Assembly: GCA_965219995.1 (NCBI GenBank)
Contig: CBDCOX010000002.1
Coordinates: 480,001-544,000, forward strand
DNA from: Candidatus Latescibacterota bacterium
GTDB taxonomy: Bacteria; Latescibacterota; UBA2968; GCA-2709665
Direction: 5' to 3'
Length of the DNA: 64,000 bases
The number at the start of each line of letters is the position of its first letter. The first letter of the stretch is position 1. This document shows, piece by piece, positions 58,821 to 64,000 of this stretch. The translations under genes were made by a program, and so were the position numbers. Under the pieces are notes generated by a model that saw only the letters and a list, made by a program, of their open reading frames with translations, was not told where the DNA came from and did no database searches.

Positions 58821-60020
58821 TCAGGGCCTGGCGGGCGAGCCGTCGGGCAGGCGGGCCTGCGTCCAGTCGATGATCTCGTCTCGGCAGGGGTAGCCGACGG
58901 CGAGTTCTTCGTCGACGTCAATTCCGAGGCCCGGCCGGTCGCTGGGGTACATGTAGCCGCCTCTGACTTCCGGGGTTCCGGGGAAGATTTCGTACACGCG
59001 TTCGTCAAATCGGCACCACTCCTGGATGCCGAAGTTGGGCGCCCACAGATCCAGGTGCAGATTCGCGGCGTGGCCGACCGGCGAAACGTCGCCCGGACCG
59101 TGCCACGCGGTGCGTATGCCGTACATGTCCGCAAGAATTGCGACGTTTCGGGCGGGCGTCAGGCCGCCCATCTGGCTGATGTGCATCCGGACGAAGTCGA
59201 TCAGCCGGTCCTGCACGAGCGGAGTCCACTCCCGCGGGTGGTTGAAAAGCTCCCCCATGGCGATGGGCGTGGCGCATTGCCGGCGGATGTTGCGGAACCA
59301 CTCGAGGTCTTCCGGCGCCAGCGGGTCCTCCAGGAAGAACAGCTTGAAGGGTTCCGCGTCTTTCGCAAATTGAACCGCGTCGATCGGGACGAGGCGCTCG
59401 TGAACGTCGTGGAGGAGTTCGAGGTGCGCGGCGGTGTTCGCACGGACGTGTCCGATCATGTCGAGGACTCCGCGAGCGTATTCCCTGGGGTCATAATACG
59501 CGCCGTCCTGCGCGCCTTCCGGACCGCGGAGGCGGGACGTCCTGCCGCCGTAACCTCCCATCTGAACGCGGATGTGCTGGTAGCCCTGTTCCTGGAATTT
59601 CAGGACGTTGGTCAGGACTTCCTCCTTTTCGAAACCGTCGGCGTGCGCGTAACAGGCCGCGGCTTCGCGGCATTTGCCGCCCAGGAGTTGGTACACGGGC
59701 ATGCCGGCGCGTTTGCCCTTGATGTCCCACAGGGCGATGTCGACGCCCGAAATCGCGTTGTTGAGTACGGGTCCGTTTCGCCAGTACCCGTTGACCATAT
59801 TCATCTGCCAGATGTCTTCGATACGGTCCACGTCCCGGCCGATGAGGAAGGGTTTCAGGTGTTTCTCGAGGGCGGTGTGGACGGCATGGAAACGCTGGGT
59901 GAACGTGGCGCATCCGAGGCCGTACAGGCCCGGCTCGGACGTCAGGACTTTGACCACGATCAGGCGCGATCCCGCCGGCTGGGTGAGGATGGTTCTGATG
60001 TCGCGGATGGTTACGGGCAC
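58821..60020 (-). CDS. rspA: Enolase-superfamily dehydratase (RspA / D-mannonate dehydratase subgroup)
   Basis: GLGCATF, YWRNGP, ALWDIKGK, LLHDVHER, AWHGP and RLPDGS motifs. Confidence 0.85.
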   Translation of the reverse strand: MPVTIRDIRTILTQPAGSRLIVVKVLTSEPGLYGLGCATFTQRFHAVHTALEKHLKPFLIGRDVDRIEDIWQMNMVNGYWRNGPVLNNAISGVDIALWDIKGKRAGMPVYQLLGGKCREAAACYAHADGFEKEEVLTNVLKFQEQGYQHIRVQMGGYGGRTSRLRGPEGAQDGAYYDPREYARGVLDMIGHVRANTAAHLELLHDVHERLVPIDAVQFAKDAEPFKLFFLEDPLAPEDLEWFRNIRRQCATPIAMGELFNHPREWTPLVQDRLIDFVRMHISQMGGLTPARNVAILADMYGIRTAWHGPGDVSPVGHAANLHLDLWAPNFGIQEWCRFDERVYEIFPGTPEVRGGYMYPSDRPGLGIDVDEELAVGYPCRDEIIDWTQARLPDGSPARP

Positions 60021-60166
60021 GTCCGCCTCCCGTTCGACGGCTGGCGATTGGACCGTTGACGCGGTTCCCGGCTTCTTTAATAAGTTCTGCGAGTTGAAAT
60101 GTCCACGGATATTTCAAGGGCCGGTCAGGGGATGGCGCTGTACTGGACCCACCAGCGAACGGACGT

Positions 60167-61471
60167 CTACAACCGTCCCTCTTTCTGCAGAATGTCTCCC
60201 GCGATGGCGTAGGTCGTGCCGTGCATACCGATCACCACGAGGCCCAGGCCCTCGGCCAGGTAACCGCCGGGGTACAAATTGGGAATCGTCGTGGACTCGT
60301 AGTTGTGGGGATGTGTGGGCAGTTGGTGGACCTGGAAGCGGTAATTGTCGAATTTGTCCACCGGACGAAGCGGTGGAAATCCCTCGAAAAGCGAATAATC
60401 CGCGATGCCGCCGATTTCCAGGATGGCGTGATCAATTTCAAGTGTTTTTCCGGAGCCATTGCGATCAAGCGTGGCAATGCCGCTGGAATCCGCCTGCTCG
60501 AAACCGAGAACCCGGGCCTCGTAATGAGTCTTCAGCCGGGGGGACCGGCTTTCCATGATTTCGGCGATCCGGGCGTAATAGGGAAGCCCGTGGCGGCTGT
60601 CCGATATGAGTCGCCAGTGACGTTCGAAGGGCTGTCGCATCACGTAGTGGACGTGCCTGCCGGCGTCGTGCAGTTCGCTCGCCGCCCAATCCGCGGAGCG
60701 ACCGCCTCCCACGACAAGAACGCGGTCCCCCGGATAGCGTTCGGGTTGATCGTAGCCGGAAGTCACGAACGGGAGGTGTTCGCCCGGTACGCCGAGTTCG
60801 CGCAGAATGCAGCGTTGCCCAACCGCGTAGACCAGGTATTTGCAGGTGTAGCGACGTGTGATCTCCGAACCGACGGCGCTGGATGTAATCAGAAAACCGG
60901 CGTCGTGGGGCTGAATGCGGGTTACGCATTCGTTTGTGCGAATGCGGTCGGCGACTTCGAAACGGCCGGGCACAGCGTGATAGTAGTCCAGGAGGTGACG
61001 TTTGGCGATCAGAGCGTTGACGTCGAGATCGACATTTCGTTCGCGACAGTGCCGGTCGAGAGGATAGAAGGCGAATTCCATCCACTGCCCCGGCGACAGC
61101 GTGAGCATGTTTTCAGGCACGTTGTTCCACACGCCGCCGACCTCTTCCCGGGTGATGAGCAGGACGTCGACGGGTTCGCTCCGGCGGAACTGCAGGGCGA
61201 TCTCCTGTTCGCCGCGGTACTTCAATCCGGGATGGTGGAGCAGGCGGAACAGGTCCACGGGCCGGATGCCCGCGTTCACCACGCCTCTGAAGTCCAGGCC
61301 GAGCAGAGTGCCGCTTTCGCCGCGAAGGGTGCGATCGATCTGCTCGTATCGATTGCGGAAAAGGTCTCCGCCGAGATAGAAGGGATGCCATCCGCCGAGC
61401 ACGACGGCCAGCGGCAGCCCGGCAGGGCCTCCGCCCACGATGATAACGGTATGGTGTTCGGGTGTGACCAT
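60167..61471 (-). CDS. FAD/NAD(P)-dependent oxidoreductase, OSGIN-like
   Basis: Two Rossmann motifs (VGGGPAG, VGGGRSAD); GGVWNNVPENMLTLSPGQWME segment. Confidence 0.8.
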   Translation of the reverse strand: MVTPEHHTVIIVGGGPAGLPLAVVLGGWHPFYLGGDLFRNRYEQIDRTLRGESGTLLGLDFRGVVNAGIRPVDLFRLLHHPGLKYRGEQEIALQFRRSEPVDVLLITREEVGGVWNNVPENMLTLSPGQWMEFAFYPLDRHCRERNVDLDVNALIAKRHLLDYYHAVPGRFEVADRIRTNECVTRIQPHDAGFLITSSAVGSEITRRYTCKYLVYAVGQRCILRELGVPGEHLPFVTSGYDQPERYPGDRVLVVGGGRSADWAASELHDAGRHVHYVMRQPFERHWRLISDSRHGLPYYARIAEIMESRSPRLKTHYEARVLGFEQADSSGIATLDRNGSGKTLEIDHAILEIGGIADYSLFEGFPPLRPVDKFDNYRFQVHQLPTHPHNYESTTIPNLYPGGYLAEGLGLVVIGMHGTTYAIAGDILQKEGRL

Positions 61472-61727
61472 GGGGTTTCCGGGTCTGCGGTCAGTCGGCG
61501 CGTCGCCGCGGGACGTCGTCCATGGGACGCACGGGATGGGTTACGGGGCTCAATCCCGCGCCGTAAGGCAGTGGATTCGATACGTTTAGGGCACGGCCCT
61601 TTACGTGCGGGGTAGACCTTGACTTCAGCCGTTGAATGCCGTATGATGGTGCTCCTGAGAGAGCGGCTGAAAAGTAGATCCGATGCCGGGGGGAGTCAAG
61701 CCGAATATTGGAGAAGGGGAGAAGCCG

Positions 61728-63095
61728 ATGGCGGACGAACGTCAACCGGACGTTGAAGAGATTCGGGCGCAGGACCGCGCGCACGTGTGGCATCCGATGG
61801 TACAGCACCGGACGCTGGAGCACCGGGATCTGATGGTGATCCACAGGGGAGAGGGAACCACCGTCGTGGACGCGGAGGGCCGGGAGTTCCTGGACGCGTA
61901 CTCGGGACTCTGGAACGTCAATGTCGGATACGGCCGCCGGGAGATCGCGGAAGCCGTGTACGAACAGATGCTGCAGCTTTCGTATTATCCCCATCTGCAC
62001 GTCAATGTGCCCGCGACGAATCTTGCATCCAGGCTGGCTGAGCTTCTGCCCGGAGATCTGAACCATCTTTTCTTCTCAAACAGCGGCTCCGAAGCGAACG
62101 AGACCGCGCTGAAGATCGCCAGGCAGTATGGCCGGCAGAAACACCCGGGTGAGAACCGGTTCAAGGTGATTGCGAGATACCAGGGTTACCACGGCTTCAC
62201 CTTTGGCGCGATGTCCGCGACGGGCCAGGTTGCCAGGCGGACCGGGTTCGAACCCCTGATGCCGGGCTTTCTGCATGTTAATCCTCCCTATTCCTTTCGT
62301 TGCGGGAAGAAACTGACCTATGCCGACGGCGGTGTGGCGTGCGCGAACGAGGTCGAAGAGGTCATTGTCCGCGAGGACCCGACAACGGTTGCGGCGGTTA
62401 TCGCCGAGCCGATCATCGGCGGCGGCGGTGTGATCGTCCCGCCGGAGAGATACCTGCCTCGCCTTCGTGAAATCTGCGACCGATACGGCGTGCTGCTGAT
62501 CCTCGACGAAGTGATTACGGGATTCGGCCGGACCGGCAAACTGTTCGCGTCGGAGCACTGGGGTGTGGTCCCGGACATGATGACCATGGCGAAAGGCGTG
62601 TCCAGCGGATATCTGCCCCTCGGGGCGTGCGCGGTGACGCCGGAGGTGTTTGAAACCTTCATGGGCGAACCGGGCGAGCATCGGGAATTCTCCTCGGTGT
62701 CAACCTATGGCGGGCATCCGGTCTGCTGCGCGGCGGCTCTGGCGAATCTGGACATACTGACGGCCGAACGACTCTGGGAGAATTCGGCGGAAGTTGGCGC
62801 AACCCTTCTGGCTGCGCTGGAACGACTGGATTCTCCGTACATCGGCGAAGTGCGGGGCAAGGGGTTGATGATCGCCGTGGAACTGGCGGCGCACAATGGC
62901 GAATCTTTGGACCCGGACCGTGTCGCGGCGGTGCAGGCCGGCATTCTTGAACAGGGCGTGATCGTGGGACGCATGAGCCACGTGATGCACGGCCCGGAGA
63001 GTATTTTCTTCCTGGCGCCGCCCCTGATCCTTACCCGGAGCGAAGCGGACCGGATTGTGTCGGCGTTCGAGACAGGTCTCAAACGCATTTCGTGA
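61728..63095 (+). CDS. Class III aminotransferase
   Basis: LWNVNVGYG, NSGSEANE, YHG, AEPI, DEVITGFGRTG and MAKG (PLP lysine) motifs. Confidence 0.95.
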   Translation: MADERQPDVEEIRAQDRAHVWHPMVQHRTLEHRDLMVIHRGEGTTVVDAEGREFLDAYSGLWNVNVGYGRREIAEAVYEQMLQLSYYPHLHVNVPATNLASRLAELLPGDLNHLFFSNSGSEANETALKIARQYGRQKHPGENRFKVIARYQGYHGFTFGAMSATGQVARRTGFEPLMPGFLHVNPPYSFRCGKKLTYADGGVACANEVEEVIVREDPTTVAAVIAEPIIGGGGVIVPPERYLPRLREICDRYGVLLILDEVITGFGRTGKLFASEHWGVVPDMMTMAKGVSSGYLPLGACAVTPEVFETFMGEPGEHREFSSVSTYGGHPVCCAAALANLDILTAERLWENSAEVGATLLAALERLDSPYIGEVRGKGLMIAVELAAHNGESLDPDRVAAVQAGILEQGVIVGRMSHVMHGPESIFFLAPPLILTRSEADRIVSAFETGLKRIS

Positions 63096-63160
63096 AAGAG
63101 GACGTTTCGACGAACGACCGCGGACCATCCGATACGTCCAGCGGGAGGGCAGTGCTTCCT

Positions 63161-64000
63161 GTGAAGGCCTGTTTTCGACACTATGTCGCCCTTCGGAAGG
63201 AGATGGATGCCTGGCTCGCGCAGAGCCGTCGGATGGATCCGCCCGGGCGAAACCGCGGCGGCGAGGACGAGGCCAACTATGCGCTCGCCTGGTTCCCTCA
63301 CTATCTCGCGACGGGCGGTCCGGCAGTGAAGGAACATTTCGAGACCCTCCTGGAACAGCTTGCGGGCTGGGTCCGGCGGGAGTGTCTGCACGGATATGAG
63401 CCGGAGGCCGAGGCGCACCACGGCACCGAACCGTTTCTGCTTTTTCTCCCGCGCTATCTGGGTCTGTTTCCCGGGGACACGGTGGCGGCGGGTCTGCTTT
63501 CCGACGCGGCTGAACACATCGGGAACTGGGTGGAGGGGGTGCCGGCCTGGTTCGACTGGGACCGGAACCGGTTCTACGGGTACCACATCGGAACACGGAC
63601 CGTGGGGCGGGACCCGGAGCATGCGGTGGAACTGGCGGAGCACTTCCGGTTCATTCACATCGCCCTGGCCGCGTATCGTGTATCGAAACAGGATCGTTAT
63701 CTGGATTGGGCGTTGCGGTACGGCCGGCGTCGGGCCGAGATGATCGCGGCTGCGCCCGAAGGCCCGCTGCCATTGATGTGGGGTCCGGACGGCCAACCGC
63801 TTGGCGTCGACGGGCAAACCGGATCGCGGCGTCGGATGAGCGGCGCGAGCCACCATACATCGGGCGATCCGGCCAGGGGCGTGGAGGTGCTGCTCGCCTC
63901 CGGCGCGGTCAACGCGCTGGGAGATCTGTTTCGGCAGTCCGGTGAGCGGGTCTTTCGCGAAGCGGCCTTTCGGGTCGTCGAGCCGCTCGTCGACATGCTT
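63161..64000 (+). CDS. Hypothetical protein, truncated by window edge
   Basis: Absent from the ORF track. GGGAGGG RBS; open frame VKACFRHYVALRKEMDAW...GGEDEANYALAW...EAHHGTEPF runs to the window end; may be an alpha/alpha-toroid fold. Confidence 0.7.
   Translation, partial: MKACFRHYVALRKEMDAWLAQSRRMDPPGRNRGGEDEANYALAWFPHYLATGGPAVKEHFETLLEQLAGWVRRECLHGYEPEAEAHHGTEPFLLFLPRYLGLFPGDTVAAGLLSDAAEHIGNWVEGVPAWFDWDRNRFYGYHIGTRTVGRDPEHAVELAEHFRFIHIALAAYRVSKQDRYLDWALRYGRRRAEMIAAAPEGPLPLMWGPDGQPLGVDGQTGSRRRMSGASHHTSGDPARGVEVLLASGAVNALGDLFRQSGERVFREAAFRVVEPLVDML

Overview
This is 64 kb of GC-rich bacterial chromosome with about 58 CDS. I saw no rRNA, tRNA, CRISPR array, transposase or prophage. Housekeeping blocks (rho-rpmE-prfA-prmC, ssb, prmA, uvrB-nadC-birA-coaX, xth, HU) are interleaved with expanded catabolic families: heparinase II/III-like proteins, five AP-endonuclease-2/xylose-isomerase-like epimerases, two PhyH dioxygenases, two SDRs, a GH5-like hydrolase, a CBM9-like protein and an RspA-type dehydratase. 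This profile, plus a C-terminal dockerin-like DFDGxGxVxFxDF repeat, suggests a Latescibacterota/Poribacteria-like lineage (inference). The best candidate for an undescribed system is a compact sigma cascade at 11.5-16.3 kb. A PAS histidine kinase and a GAFTGA enhancer-binding regulator are followed by tandem enhancer-like sites and a near-consensus sigma54 promoter. That promoter sits upstream of a PTS EIIA-like gene and an RpoD/RpoS-family sigma factor. Other notable observations are a bacterial OSGIN1/2-like flavoprotein, a DksA/TraR zinc finger fused to an apparently split DUF6178-like pair, an XPB-N/p52-like plus WYL protein with a 161-bp MITE at its predicted transcription start, a solo copy of that MITE end that forms a -10 box, a duplicated DUF3179/beta-barrel module with a 1-bp frameshift, and a lipoprotein-type spermidine-synthase-fold enzyme. 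All family assignments come from motif recognition by eye; no database searches were run.
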